Shown here: positions 19,325 through 28,647 of the stretch, one piece after another
Numbering within the stretch: position 1 is the stretch's first letter
How the letters are laid out: each line of letters begins with the position of its first letter
The notes under the pieces: model-generated
Databases searched by the model: none
Seen by the model: only the letters and a program-made list of their open reading frames with translations
Told to the model about the DNA's origin: nothing
Program-made: the position numbers and the translations under genes
Assembly (NCBI GenBank): GCA_947453525.1
Contig: CANGHD010000002.1
Coordinates: 1,447 to 65,446, forward strand
Reading direction: 5' to 3'
From: Paracoccaceae bacterium
GTDB taxonomy: Bacteria; Pseudomonadota; Alphaproteobacteria; Rhodobacterales; Rhodobacteraceae
DNA length: 64,000 nt

Positions 19325-20512
19325 GCCCAGGATCACCGATGGTCCGGGTACTGCGGATGACGCAAGGTGCCGATCGGGTCGGTGTTGCGGCAAAGCCGTC
19401 TCCGCAGAACACGCGTTCGCCGGGAATCGTCATGAAGCGAGTGCGTCTGAACCGCCGTTTCGCGCCCTCGGGGCCTTGATTTGATGGCGCCATCATCGGC
19501 TTCGGATGGATGGCGCGCGAATTCGCCCCCGCCGCAGCGCGCTGGATGCATCTGACGGGGCAGAAGATGCGCCCGTGGATCTTCGCCTTTTGGACACCAA
19601 CCCGGCTCTGATAGACTGGTTCCCCACCGCCTGAGGCCCGCTTCGGTGCGCCACCGACGACCGCGAAACCCTCGCCCTGCGCGAGGCCGACGTCGTCTTT
19701 TGTGCCTTGCCCTCCTTTGCTGCACGCCGAGATCTCTCCGGCCCTTCTCGCCGCCAGAAGGCGTTTTTTAAACCAAAAACCCTTCGGCATGGATATTTTG
19801 GCGCAGAACCGCGTGATCAAGGCGGCATTGCCGCCCCCAAGGTCTTCGCGCGCTGCTGCTCGATCAAGTCCCCGCGTCAGTGGAGCCGCAGGCCCTTCTC
19901 GCCGGACGGCGCGCAGGCCTGGGGCACGGAAGACCTCGGCCAGACCCCGCGCTTCCCCGCGTCCTTCTGGCGCTGGACGCCTTCGGCGTCGATGCGCCGC
20001 TTCACGCCCTGGGGCCTGTCGGCCAAGACGAGCTTGGCGCGACCCGCCGAACGGCCTTGGCGGGTTCCAGGGACGACCTGCGCTGGCGCGTCTCGACCGA
20101 CCTGGTGATGACCGCCCGTACCCATGTGACGACGATCCCGCGCGACGGCCGGACCTTCGTGTGCCACCCCGGCTGCACTGACCTTCTGTCCAAGGCCAAT
20201 CCGCCGCCGGAAGCTGCGGCGGGGCAAGGGCTTGGAATTTCTGTCTGGGCTACCTCAACCTTCTGGGCCCCTTGGATGCCTTGGCATTTGGCACCACCGG
20301 GGCCGTCGAAGTTCCCGTCCGGGCAAGGTCTGCGAGGAGGGTGTCCTGCGTTGACCTCCTCCCCAATCCCGGGCCGGTGATTGCGCGGGTCGTCGCTGCG
20401 GCATTGCCTCAGATCGACTATCCTTTCAGAGCGCGGTCGAGGCCACTTTGGCGACCGGTCCGCCGATTTCCGGCACCGCTGAGCGCGCGGGCCTTCAATG
20501 AAAATCATTGGC

Positions 20513-21889
20513 CTAGTGACGCCCGGTCAGCCAGCTGCCGAATTTTGCGAAGTTCGACGGGCCGATTCCAAGCCGATCCTCTCGTTGATCGGCCACGCGC
20601 AGCAGCGCATACATCAGATGCACGCCCAGCCAGCGGAAGGGTTCGGGCTCCCATTTGCGGACCATGCGGTTGACCCAAGGCAGCGTGGTGAGCGCGGTCT
20701 GCTTGCCGAGCGCCAGATCGGCCAGCGTGCGCCCGGCCAGGTTGGCGGTCGAAACCCCCACCCCGACATAACCGCCCGCCCAGCCCAGGCCCGTGTCGCG
20801 GTCCAGCCCCACGGTCGCGCACCAGTCGCGCGGCACGCCGATGACACCGCACCAGGCATGTTCCACACCGTAGGGGGCGGCTGCGGGGAAATGGCGGTGC
20901 AGGGTGTCGGTCAGGCGGCGGATGGTCTCAGGGTCGGGCGCGCCGTTCTTGTCCATCTTTGAGCCGAACTTGTAGGGCACGCCGCGCGCGCCCACCGTGA
21001 TGCGGCCCTCGCGCGTGCGCTGACAGTAACAGTAGGAATTCGCGGCATCCTCGATCAGTTCATTGTTGTCCCAGCCGATCTTGGCCCAGACCTCGGGCGG
21101 CAGCACGGGTGTCGCGATCTGGGCCGAGTTGAGCGGTATCCAGTCGCGTTCGTGGCCGGGAAAGCCCGGCGTGAAGCCTTCGGTGCAGCGCAGGATGATC
21201 GGCGCCGTCACCCGGCCCTTGTCGGTGATGACCTCACCCTTGCCATAGGACAGCACGGCGGTTCCCTCGTGGATCACGGCCCCGGCGCGTTCCACCGCTT
21301 CCGCCAGACCCCGCACCAGCTTGGCGGGCTGGATGCGCGCCACACCGGAAATCGCCATGCCGCCCATGGCACCGGGCACCGAAATTCGCTGGGCCACCTG
21401 TGCCGGCGTCAAGGACCGATAGCGATGCGCCTGACCCCATGCGGCCTGATGCGCCACATCCGCCTCCACCCGTTCCTGCTGCGCCTTGTTCTGGGCGAAC
21501 ATCAGCACCTCGGTCCGCAGGATGTCGGCCTCGATCCCCTCATCCTCACAGACCTTGATGATCTCCTCGACCGTGCCTTCCAGATGCCTTGCCATCTCGA
21601 CCACCGCCGGCTTCCCATGCGTCTTGGCATAGCGGTCATGGTCCCAGGCCAGCGTCCCCATGCACCAGCCGCCATTGCGCCCCGAGGCGCCGAAACCGGC
21701 AAACTCGCGCTCCAGGACCAGCACCTTCAAGCTCGGGTTGGCCTGCATCAGATACCATGCGGCCCACAGCCCGGTGAAACCGGCCCCGATGATCGCCACA
21801 TCCGCTGTTGCATCGCCCGCCAGCGCAGGGCGGCGGTTGGCAGGCAGGCCGATGTCGGCATACCAGAAAGACACGTCGCCAATCTTCAT
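20513..21889 (-). CDS. FAD-dependent oxidoreductase (DAO/gamma-glutamylputrescine oxidase-like)
   Basis: DVAIIGAGFTGL, GFGASGRNGG, IQPAKLVRGLA, GYVGVGV motifs. Confidence 0.9.
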   Translation of the reverse strand: MKIGDVSFWYADIGLPANRRPALAGDATADVAIIGAGFTGLWAAWYLMQANPSLKVLVLEREFAGFGASGRNGGWCMGTLAWDHDRYAKTHGKPAVVEMARHLEGTVEEIIKVCEDEGIEADILRTEVLMFAQNKAQQERVEADVAHQAAWGQAHRYRSLTPAQVAQRISVPGAMGGMAISGVARIQPAKLVRGLAEAVERAGAVIHEGTAVLSYGKGEVITDKGRVTAPIILRCTEGFTPGFPGHERDWIPLNSAQIATPVLPPEVWAKIGWDNNELIEDAANSYCYCQRTREGRITVGARGVPYKFGSKMDKNGAPDPETIRRLTDTLHRHFPAAAPYGVEHAWCGVIGVPRDWCATVGLDRDTGLGWAGGYVGVGVSTANLAGRTLADLALGKQTALTTLPWVNRMVRKWEPEPFRWLGVHLMYALLRVADQREDRLGIGPSNFAKFGSWLTGRH

Positions 21890-21907
21890 CTTGTCATCTT
21901 CATCTTG

Positions 21908-23173
21908 TCAGGGGTTCTGGTTCAGGCGGGTTTGAAGGGCTGCGGCGGCAGCGCGGGCGGTCAGCAAGGCCCCCTCCATCCAGCCCTGTTCTGCGCTGGA
22001 CAGATCGGACCCGGCAAAGGCGATCCGGCCGCGCCGACCCCAATGTTCGGCCGCAAAATCGGGCAGCGATGCCAGCGTCGCCCCAACCCAGGTGCCGCGC
22101 GCGAAGGGATCGTTGACCCAGTCGTGCCAGTCAAAGCCGAGCAGGTCCGCATCCGGAAACGCTGCAGCCAGCACGGTCGCGACCATCGCGGGGTCAGGCT
22201 CGCCCGTCTCATCCCGCAAGCCGAAGGCGATCAGCAGGGTGGAGCCATCGGGCAGGCTCCGGTCGGCAAAGATCCAGCGGATACCCAGCGTCTCGCCCGT
22301 CGCAAGATGACCGGGCTTGGGTCCCTTGGCCCGGATCAGCAGTTTCAGCGCCCGTCCTTCATGGCCCCGGCGGCGCAAGTTGTCTTGTGCTGGCGACAGC
22401 GCGGGCAAAAAGCGGATCTGTGCCAAGGCATTGATCGGCAAGGCAACCAGCGCCGTTGCAGCCTCCACCACCCGGCCAGAGCCCAAGGTGGCGCGCACGT
22501 GGCTGCCGCAATCCTCCAGCCGCTCCACCGCATCGCCCAGTATCGTCTCGGCGCCGCTGGCCGCGACCGCTTGCTGCGCGATGCTGGCCACGCCGGTTTC
22601 GGCGGTGAAAGCCAGTTCCTCGACCTTGACCATCAACCCCTTGGCCAACTTCGCCGTCACATATTCATTCGCCCCGATCAGATCCGGCGCGCCGGAGCCT
22701 GAAATCGCCCACCACGCCATGATCTCGCGCACAACCGAGGCCGGAAAGCCGCGGTGGTCCAGATAGGCCCGCAGCGTCATGCCATGGATTGCCCGCGCCG
22801 TCGGCGTGTCATCGTTCATCTGCGCCGCATCGGTCAGCAAAGTGGCAATGCCGGCCTCATACTGGGCCATGTCCTCGGCGGGATTTGCCTGCCACGTGCC
22901 GTCGCGAAAATAGCTGTGTCCGATGATGTCAGCCCGCGGCACCAACCCGATGCCCAGCCTTTTGGTCAGGCCGATCATCTCGGCATGATCCGCCCGGATC
23001 CAGCCGCCGCCATATTCCACGGGCCCGCCCGAATTGCCCCAGGCGCGCGAATGCGCGCGCCCGCCCAGACGCGCACGCGCCTCGACGATGATGCTGCTGC
23101 GGCCAAGGTCCGCCAGCCAAAGCGCTGCCGCCGTCCCGGCAAGGCCGCCCCCTATGATGAGCGTATCGGTCAT
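21908..23173 (-). CDS. Flavin monoamine oxidase family protein
   Basis: IIGGGLAG, EARARLGGR, EYGGGWI, HDWVNDPFARG, FAGSD..GWMEGAL motifs. Confidence 0.9.
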   Translation of the reverse strand: MTDTLIIGGGLAGTAAALWLADLGRSSIIVEARARLGGRAHSRAWGNSGGPVEYGGGWIRADHAEMIGLTKRLGIGLVPRADIIGHSYFRDGTWQANPAEDMAQYEAGIATLLTDAAQMNDDTPTARAIHGMTLRAYLDHRGFPASVVREIMAWWAISGSGAPDLIGANEYVTAKLAKGLMVKVEELAFTAETGVASIAQQAVAASGAETILGDAVERLEDCGSHVRATLGSGRVVEAATALVALPINALAQIRFLPALSPAQDNLRRRGHEGRALKLLIRAKGPKPGHLATGETLGIRWIFADRSLPDGSTLLIAFGLRDETGEPDPAMVATVLAAAFPDADLLGFDWHDWVNDPFARGTWVGATLASLPDFAAEHWGRRGRIAFAGSDLSSAEQGWMEGALLTARAAAAALQTRLNQNP

Positions 23174-23226
23174 GGCAGCATAGTGGCGCGGCCCCGGTGC
23201 GTTGTCCATGCCCGAAGGTCAAGGCT

Positions 23227-24102
23227 TCAGCCCTGCTCGGAGGTGAGCCATGCGGTGAAAGAGGCCAAAGGCGCCCGCCGAGGTCGATCCTTGGGCCAGA
23301 CGAGGTAATAGCTGCCCAAGGACCGGATCGCAGAGCCGTATAGCGGCACCAGACGGCCCTCGGCCAGATCGCGGCCGATCAGGAACAGCGGCAACAGTGC
23401 GGCCCCCATGCCGTGCACGGCGGCTTGGCTCATGGTGGCGAATTGGTCGAACAGCATCGCCGGCGGCCTGATGCCCGCAGCCCCGTGATGCGCCAGCCAC
23501 CGCCCCCAATCGCCGCTGCGGCTTTCCAGTTGCAGAAGCGGCAGCGCAAGCACCTCCTTCGCCTCACCCAACGGCGCGAACGAGGGGGCCGCGACGGCGA
23601 GGATCTCTTCCTCCATCAGCTTGAGATATTCGACCCCGGGCCAATCCTGCCGCCCGTAGTGGATCGCCGCATCAAAAGCGCTGTCGGTGAAGTCGAAGGG
23701 TTTCAGCCGCGTGGACAGGTTGACCGTGACCTCCGGATGCAGGCCTGCGAATTTCGCGAGCCGTGGCGCGAGCCAATGCATGCCGAAGGCCGGCAGGATG
23801 GCAAGGTTGAGGGCACCTCCGGTCGGGTTGGCGCGCAGGGCCAGCGAGGCTGCGGCCAGCCGATGCAGGCTGCGCCGCGCCTCGGCCACGAAGTCGGTCG
23901 CGGCAGCTGTCAGCCGCAGGCGCTGCTTGTCGCGGATCAGCAGGGTGACGCCCAACTGCCCCTCCAGCACCTGCAACTGGCGGCTGATGGCACCTTGCGT
24001 CAGGTTCAGCTCCTCCGCCGCCGCCGAGGCCGAACCAAGCCGGTCCACCGCCTCCAGGGCCAGCAACGAGGGGATGGAGGGCAGATAGCGGCGCGCCAGC
24101 AT
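23227..24102 (-). CDS. LysR-family regulator divergent from gcdH (GcdR-like)
   Basis: [40 protein letters not shown]; GcvA-like effector domain. Confidence 0.93.
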   Translation of the reverse strand: MLARRYLPSIPSLLALEAVDRLGSASAAAEELNLTQGAISRQLQVLEGQLGVTLLIRDKQRLRLTAAATDFVAEARRSLHRLAAASLALRANPTGGALNLAILPAFGMHWLAPRLAKFAGLHPEVTVNLSTRLKPFDFTDSAFDAAIHYGRQDWPGVEYLKLMEEEILAVAAPSFAPLGEAKEVLALPLLQLESRSGDWGRWLAHHGAAGIRPPAMLFDQFATMSQAAVHGMGAALLPLFLIGRDLAEGRLVPLYGSAIRSLGSYYLVWPKDRPRRAPLASFTAWLTSEQG

Positions 24103-24117
24103 ATGAGCTTTCCTCAT
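24103..24117. promoter_or_regulatory. LysR recognition box (T-N11-A dyad)
   Basis: ATGAG-CTTTC-CTCAT abutting the lysR start codon, about 75 bp upstream of gcdH. Confidence 0.7.
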
Positions 24118-24192
24118 GGTTTGGTGAGGTCGTTTCGGTGGTATTCTGACCCAGTTTGTGGCAGAAGTCAGGACCGAATGATGGAGAACGCC

Positions 24193-25425
24193 ATGTCCGA
24201 TCAAATGCCGGCCCGCCCGAAACTTAAAGCCAAGGATGCCCCCGATCTTGGCCGCTTCGACTGGCAGGATCCCTTCCGTCTGGCCGACCAGCTGACCGAG
24301 GAAGAGCGGATGCTGGCTGACGCCGCCCGCACCTATGCGCAGGAAAAGCTGCAACCCCGCGTGATCGCCGCCTACCGCGAGGAAAGCACCGACCCCGCGA
24401 TTTTCCGTGAGATGGGCGAGATGGGCCTTCTGGGCGCCACGATTCCCGAAGAATACGGTGGTCTGGGCTCCTCCTACGTCGCCTACGGCCTGATTGCCCG
24501 CGAAGTGGAGCGGGTGGATTCGGGCTACCGCTCCATGATGTCGGTGCAGTCGTCCTTGGTCATGTACCCGATCTACGCCTATGGATCAGAAGCGCAGCGC
24601 CAGAAATACCTGCCGAAACTCGCCTCGGGCGCGTGGATCGGCTGCTTTGGCCTGACCGAGCCGGATGCCGGATCGGACCCGGCCGGCATGAAGACGCATG
24701 CGAAGAAAACCGCGAACGGCTACGTGCTGAATGGCTCCAAAATGTGGATCTCCAATGCGCCCATCGCAGATGTTTTCGTGGTCTGGGCCAAGTCCGAGGC
24801 GCATGGCGGCAAGATCCGTGGCTTCGTGCTGGACAAGGGCACCCAAGGCCTCACGGCCCCCAAGATCGGCGGCAAACTGTCCTTGCGAGCCTCGATCACC
24901 GGCGAGATCGTGATGAAGGACGTCGAAGTCGGCGAGGACGCGCTGCTGCCCTTCGTCGAGGGTCTGAAGGGACCCTTCGGCTGCCTGAACCGCGCCCGCT
25001 ATGGCATCGCGTGGGGGGTGATGGGGGCGGCGGAGTTCTGCATGGGGGCGGCCCGGCAATATGGGCTGGACCGCAAGCAGTTCGGCAAGCCCCTGGCGCA
25101 GACCCAGCTGTTCCAGTTGAAGCTGGCCAACATGATGACCGAGGTGTCGCTCGGCCTGCAGGCCTGCCTGCGCGTCGGCCGCCTGATGGACGAGGCGAAT
25201 GCCGCGCCCGAGATGATCTCGATCATCAAGCGCAACAACTGCGGCAAGGCGCTTGACGCGGCACGGATGGCGCGCGACATGCATGGCGGCAACGGGATTT
25301 CGGAAGATTTCCAGATCATGCGCCACATGGTCAATCTTGAGACTGTGAACACCTACGAAGGCACCCATGACGTGCACGCCCTGATCCTCGGAAGGGCCAT
25401 CACGGGGCTGCAGGCCTTCTTCTAA
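24193..25425 (+). CDS. gcdH: Glutaryl-CoA dehydrogenase
   Basis: [70 protein letters not shown]. Confidence 0.95.
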   Translation: MSDQMPARPKLKAKDAPDLGRFDWQDPFRLADQLTEEERMLADAARTYAQEKLQPRVIAAYREESTDPAIFREMGEMGLLGATIPEEYGGLGSSYVAYGLIAREVERVDSGYRSMMSVQSSLVMYPIYAYGSEAQRQKYLPKLASGAWIGCFGLTEPDAGSDPAGMKTHAKKTANGYVLNGSKMWISNAPIADVFVVWAKSEAHGGKIRGFVLDKGTQGLTAPKIGGKLSLRASITGEIVMKDVEVGEDALLPFVEGLKGPFGCLNRARYGIAWGVMGAAEFCMGAARQYGLDRKQFGKPLAQTQLFQLKLANMMTEVSLGLQACLRVGRLMDEANAAPEMISIIKRNNCGKALDAARMARDMHGGNGISEDFQIMRHMVNLETVNTYEGTHDVHALILGRAITGLQAFF

Positions 25426-25434
25426 GTCCTGAAC

Positions 25435-25465
25435 AGGGTGGGATTGCACGCGTGCAATCCCGCCT
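25435..25465. terminator. Hairpin after gcdH (terminator or REP-like)
   Basis: AGGGTGGGATTGCAC-GC-GTGCAATCCCGCCT inverted repeat just after the stop codon. Confidence 0.5.
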
Positions 25466-25636
25466 AACCGTTTGAAATACATAACACCTGCGATTTCTGT
25501 TAACCTCTTGTTAAAATGAGCGCCTGCCGCGCATTCCTGTTGTCCCGCCTTTGGCAAAAGCGCCAACCGGCTCGGACGAAGTCGCTCCGCGGGGCCTATT
25601 TGGGTAATGAGCCAAGGCAAAGGCACTCCTTTGCCC

Positions 25637-25700
25637 TTTCACCTTGGCCCAAATATCCTCAGGGGGTGAGCGCGGCAGCGCGAGGGGGGGCGAGCCCCCC
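25637..25700 (+). repeat. Dispersed intergenic repeat (MITE/REP-like), copy 2
   Basis: TTTCACCTTGGCCCAAATATCCTCAGGGGG then a GGGGGG-CGAG-CCCCCC hairpin; matches the 9161 copy and partly 32966-32993. Confidence 0.6.
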
Positions 25701-25778
25701 CTTCCGCCGCGATTTATCGCGGCTTCCGCCCGCCGAAGACGGGCGCGCCAGCGTCCGGCGGCGGCGGGCCTTGCCCGG

Positions 25779-26558
25779 TCAGAGTTTGGAGAGGCGGAGG
25801 AGGTCGTCGTAGACTTCCGGCACGCCGGCGATGATCGGGTTGCCTTTGGTGAGGCCGTCCCCTGCCAGAAAGTCGTTGACCTTCAGGCCAGCCGCTTCGA
25901 TCACCGCGATGGCACCGAGGCAGTCCCAGGAGTTGATATGCGGCTCAAAGTAGCCGAGCAGGCGGCCTGCGGCGACGTAAGACAGGTTCAAAGCGCCCGA
26001 GCCGTCGCGGAAGAACATACCGCCCTCGCGCAGCAGGCCCTCGAAAGGGCGCAGGAAGGCTTCCGGTTTGAGGCGGGTGGAATAGCCCATGCCGGTGATG
26101 CCGTCCTTCAGGCTTTTGCCGGGGTGGCGTTTGACGGGCGCCCCGTTCAGGGTGGCGGGGTAGCCTTTGCCTCCGGCGAAAAGTTCATTCCGCACCGGCG
26201 CGTAGACCATGCCGAACTGGATCACCCCTTCGCAGACGAAGGCGATCGAGACGCACCAGTTGCCCATGCCCGAGATGAAAGGCTGCGTGCCGTCGATCGG
26301 ATCGACCACCCAGAGGCCCTGGCCGGGGGCGAAGGCGGTCACACCGGTTTCCTCGCCGAGGAAGGCATCTTCCGGAAACGCTTCGAAGATGCGCTTCTTG
26401 ATCAGCAGTTCGGTGTTGAGGTCAGCTTCCGACACCATGTCTTGCGGCCCTTTTGACTTGATCGTCAGCGAGGCCAGATCGTTGAAATAACCTGTGGCCA
26501 AGGCCCCGGCCTCCTGGATCAGGGCGTGGCACAGGTCGTAGCGCGAGGTGAGGTCCAT
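25779..26558 (-). CDS. Inositol monophosphatase family protein
   Basis: GEE, WVVDPIDGT, GSGALNLSYVAAGR, WDCLG motifs; start overlaps the ROK stop. Confidence 0.93.
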   Translation of the reverse strand: MDLTSRYDLCHALIQEAGALATGYFNDLASLTIKSKGPQDMVSEADLNTELLIKKRIFEAFPEDAFLGEETGVTAFAPGQGLWVVDPIDGTQPFISGMGNWCVSIAFVCEGVIQFGMVYAPVRNELFAGGKGYPATLNGAPVKRHPGKSLKDGITGMGYSTRLKPEAFLRPFEGLLREGGMFFRDGSGALNLSYVAAGRLLGYFEPHINSWDCLGAIAVIEAAGLKVNDFLAGDGLTKGNPIIAGVPEVYDDLLRLSKL

Positions 26559-27454
26559 CAGTCTTTCCATAACCAGGCCGCGCCACGCACACCCGAGGCA
26601 TCGCCATGGACATTGCGCAGGATCGGCGTGTGAAACACGGTTGAGAAGGTGCGATTGGCGAGTGCCGGGGGCAGGTCTTCGTAAAGTTCGTCGACATTGG
26701 ACATGCCGCCGCCCATGACGAAGACGTCGGGGTCAAGCGAGTTGACGACGGTGGCAAGGCCGCGGGCGACGCGGTCGATGTAGCGGTCCCAGAGCATGCC
26801 AGCCAGCCGGTCGCCGTTGCGCTTAAGGTCCATGATTTGCCGGGCCTTCAACTCCTGCCCAGTATGCAGCGCGTACTGCGCCTCGAAAGCGCGGCCCGAG
26901 ACCCAGGTTTCCATGCAGCCAAAGCGGCCGCAGTAGCAGGCGGCACCCGGAATTTCGGTTGTGTCGGGGAAGGGCAGGGGGTTGTGGCCCCATTCGCCGC
27001 CGGAATTGTTCGGCCCATGATGCGCGCGGCCGCACACGGCGATGCCCGCACCGGCTCCGGACCCGAGGATGACCGCGAAGACCACATTATGGCCCTTGCC
27101 TGCGCCATCCACCGCCTCGGAGGCGGCAAAGCAATCTGCGTCATTTTCGACCCTGATCGGGCGCTGGATCACGGCTTGCAGGTCCGCCTCGACCGGCTGG
27201 CCCAGCAGCCAGGTCGACGACGCGCCCTTGCCCAGACGGCTGACCGGCTCCAGCGATCCGGGGATGCCGATGCCGATCGAGCCCCGTTGCCCCGTTTCGG
27301 CCTCCAGCCGATCGATCACGGCTTTGACGGCCTGCAGACAGCCCTTGTAGTCGTGGCGTGGCGTGTCCTGACGGATGCGCAAAAGCTCGCGCCCATCAGG
27401 GTCCATTGCGACACCTTCGATCTTGGTGCCGCCCCAGTCGATGCCAATCAGCAT
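26558..27454 (-). CDS. ROK-family sugar kinase (fructokinase/Mak-like)
   Basis: IGIDWGGTKIE, ENDADC, GEWGH, CYCGRFGCMETW, HGDASGVRGAAWLW. Confidence 0.93.
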   Translation of the reverse strand: MLIGIDWGGTKIEGVAMDPDGRELLRIRQDTPRHDYKGCLQAVKAVIDRLEAETGQRGSIGIGIPGSLEPVSRLGKGASSTWLLGQPVEADLQAVIQRPIRVENDADCFAASEAVDGAGKGHNVVFAVILGSGAGAGIAVCGRAHHGPNNSGGEWGHNPLPFPDTTEIPGAACYCGRFGCMETWVSGRAFEAQYALHTGQELKARQIMDLKRNGDRLAGMLWDRYIDRVARGLATVVNSLDPDVFVMGGGMSNVDELYEDLPPALANRTFSTVFHTPILRNVHGDASGVRGAAWLWKD

Positions 27455-28509
27455 CAGCCGTTGCCGCCCGAGAAGTCGAACATCAGCGCCAGCATGTTCA
27501 GAATCAGATAGATGATCCCCAGCGTCCACATGGCATACCAGTCGAGTTTCAGGCTGGCCTCTTCGCGGTCCTGATAGCGCAGGCGCAGCGAGAAGATCGA
27601 CAGGAAGACCGCAATGAAGATCACCCCCACCGCGATCAGGTTGATCTGCTCGGCCAGGGTGACGGCGGTGGTGGGAGGCAAGGCCCCGGTGATGACGAAG
27701 GCGTTGGCCGAGGCCGCGAAGATCGAGCCGACCCCCATGCCGAAGCGGGCGTCAAGGTCGTCGGACTTGATCAGGAAGGCCAGAAGGCCCAGCAGAACCG
27801 CCAGTGCCGAGATCCAGAAGCTTTTGAACAGCGGGCCATAGCTGGTGCGGTCCAGCGAGACGGCCAGCGTGAGGCGCGAGTATTTCGAGGCATCGGGCCC
27901 GGCACTGTGCAGGCCGTAGTCGGTGGCATAGACATGGTCCACCACTTGCGTCGGCTGCAACGCGACCTTCCAGCCCGAGACGCGCACGGAGGGGTCCAGC
28001 GCCATGCCTTCGTCCACCTTATAGGTCAATTGGGCGCCGTTCAGGTTGGCGTCTTCCAGTTCGATCGTGATGATGTGGTTGTCGAGCGGGAAGCGGCGGA
28101 CGTCGAAATCGTGGAAGATCGTCGCCTGCACCCGCACTTGCGAATAGTTCACGCCGTTGTCGTCGACCACGCTGGGCGTGCCCTTTTGCACATTGCCGCC
28201 ATTGACGATCTCGAAGGTCTGGTCGGGGTGCACGTCGGCGCCCTTCCACTTGAACCAGAGCCACATGTCGACATCGAAGGTGCCGTTCTGCGGCGAGACG
28301 TTGGACAGGCGCAGGATATAGGCTCCCACGGCCACGTCGGTGTGGCTGGTGACCACAGCCGTGGCATCTGCGACAACTCCGGTGGTGGGGACCGTGGTGG
28401 CCGTGGCGTCGGGGGTCGCGGTTGTGGTCTGGGCTGTGCCCGCACCACTGAACAGCGAAAAGGCTGTGGCGAAAAGCGCCGACATGAGGACAAGGATTCG
28501 CTTACGCAT
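27454..28509 (-). CDS. Prokaryotic pentameric ligand-gated ion channel (Pro-loop, GLIC/ELIC-like)
   Basis: Signal peptide; beta-rich ECD (GTFDVDMWLWFKW, FDVRRFPLD Pro-loop, GW, pre-M1 Arg); four TM helices; M2 DARFGMGVGSIFAASANAFVITGALP ending in the conserved LP. Confidence 0.85.
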   Translation of the reverse strand: MRKRILVLMSALFATAFSLFSGAGTAQTTTATPDATATTVPTTGVVADATAVVTSHTDVAVGAYILRLSNVSPQNGTFDVDMWLWFKWKGADVHPDQTFEIVNGGNVQKGTPSVVDDNGVNYSQVRVQATIFHDFDVRRFPLDNHIITIELEDANLNGAQLTYKVDEGMALDPSVRVSGWKVALQPTQVVDHVYATDYGLHSAGPDASKYSRLTLAVSLDRTSYGPLFKSFWISALAVLLGLLAFLIKSDDLDARFGMGVGSIFAASANAFVITGALPPTTAVTLAEQINLIAVGVIFIAVFLSIFSLRLRYQDREEASLKLDWYAMWTLGIIYLILNMLALMFDFSGGNG

Positions 28510-28647
28510 GACGAGGCTTTCGGTTGGGGCTTTGCAAGCACGGGGTCCGGACGCGCGAAGTTTTGCGAGCGATCGGTGCGAAATTCAATGGTGAATCACG
28601 GGGCCTTCACGATTTGCTGCGCGCCGGCCCGAAACCCGGGCCACGCA

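Noticed and set aside
23413-24192. N-terminal 260 aa of the 670-aa ORF (apparent fusion to GcdH)
   Set aside because: Overlaps the antisense lysR gene; the real start is ATG 24193 with a GGAGA RBS.
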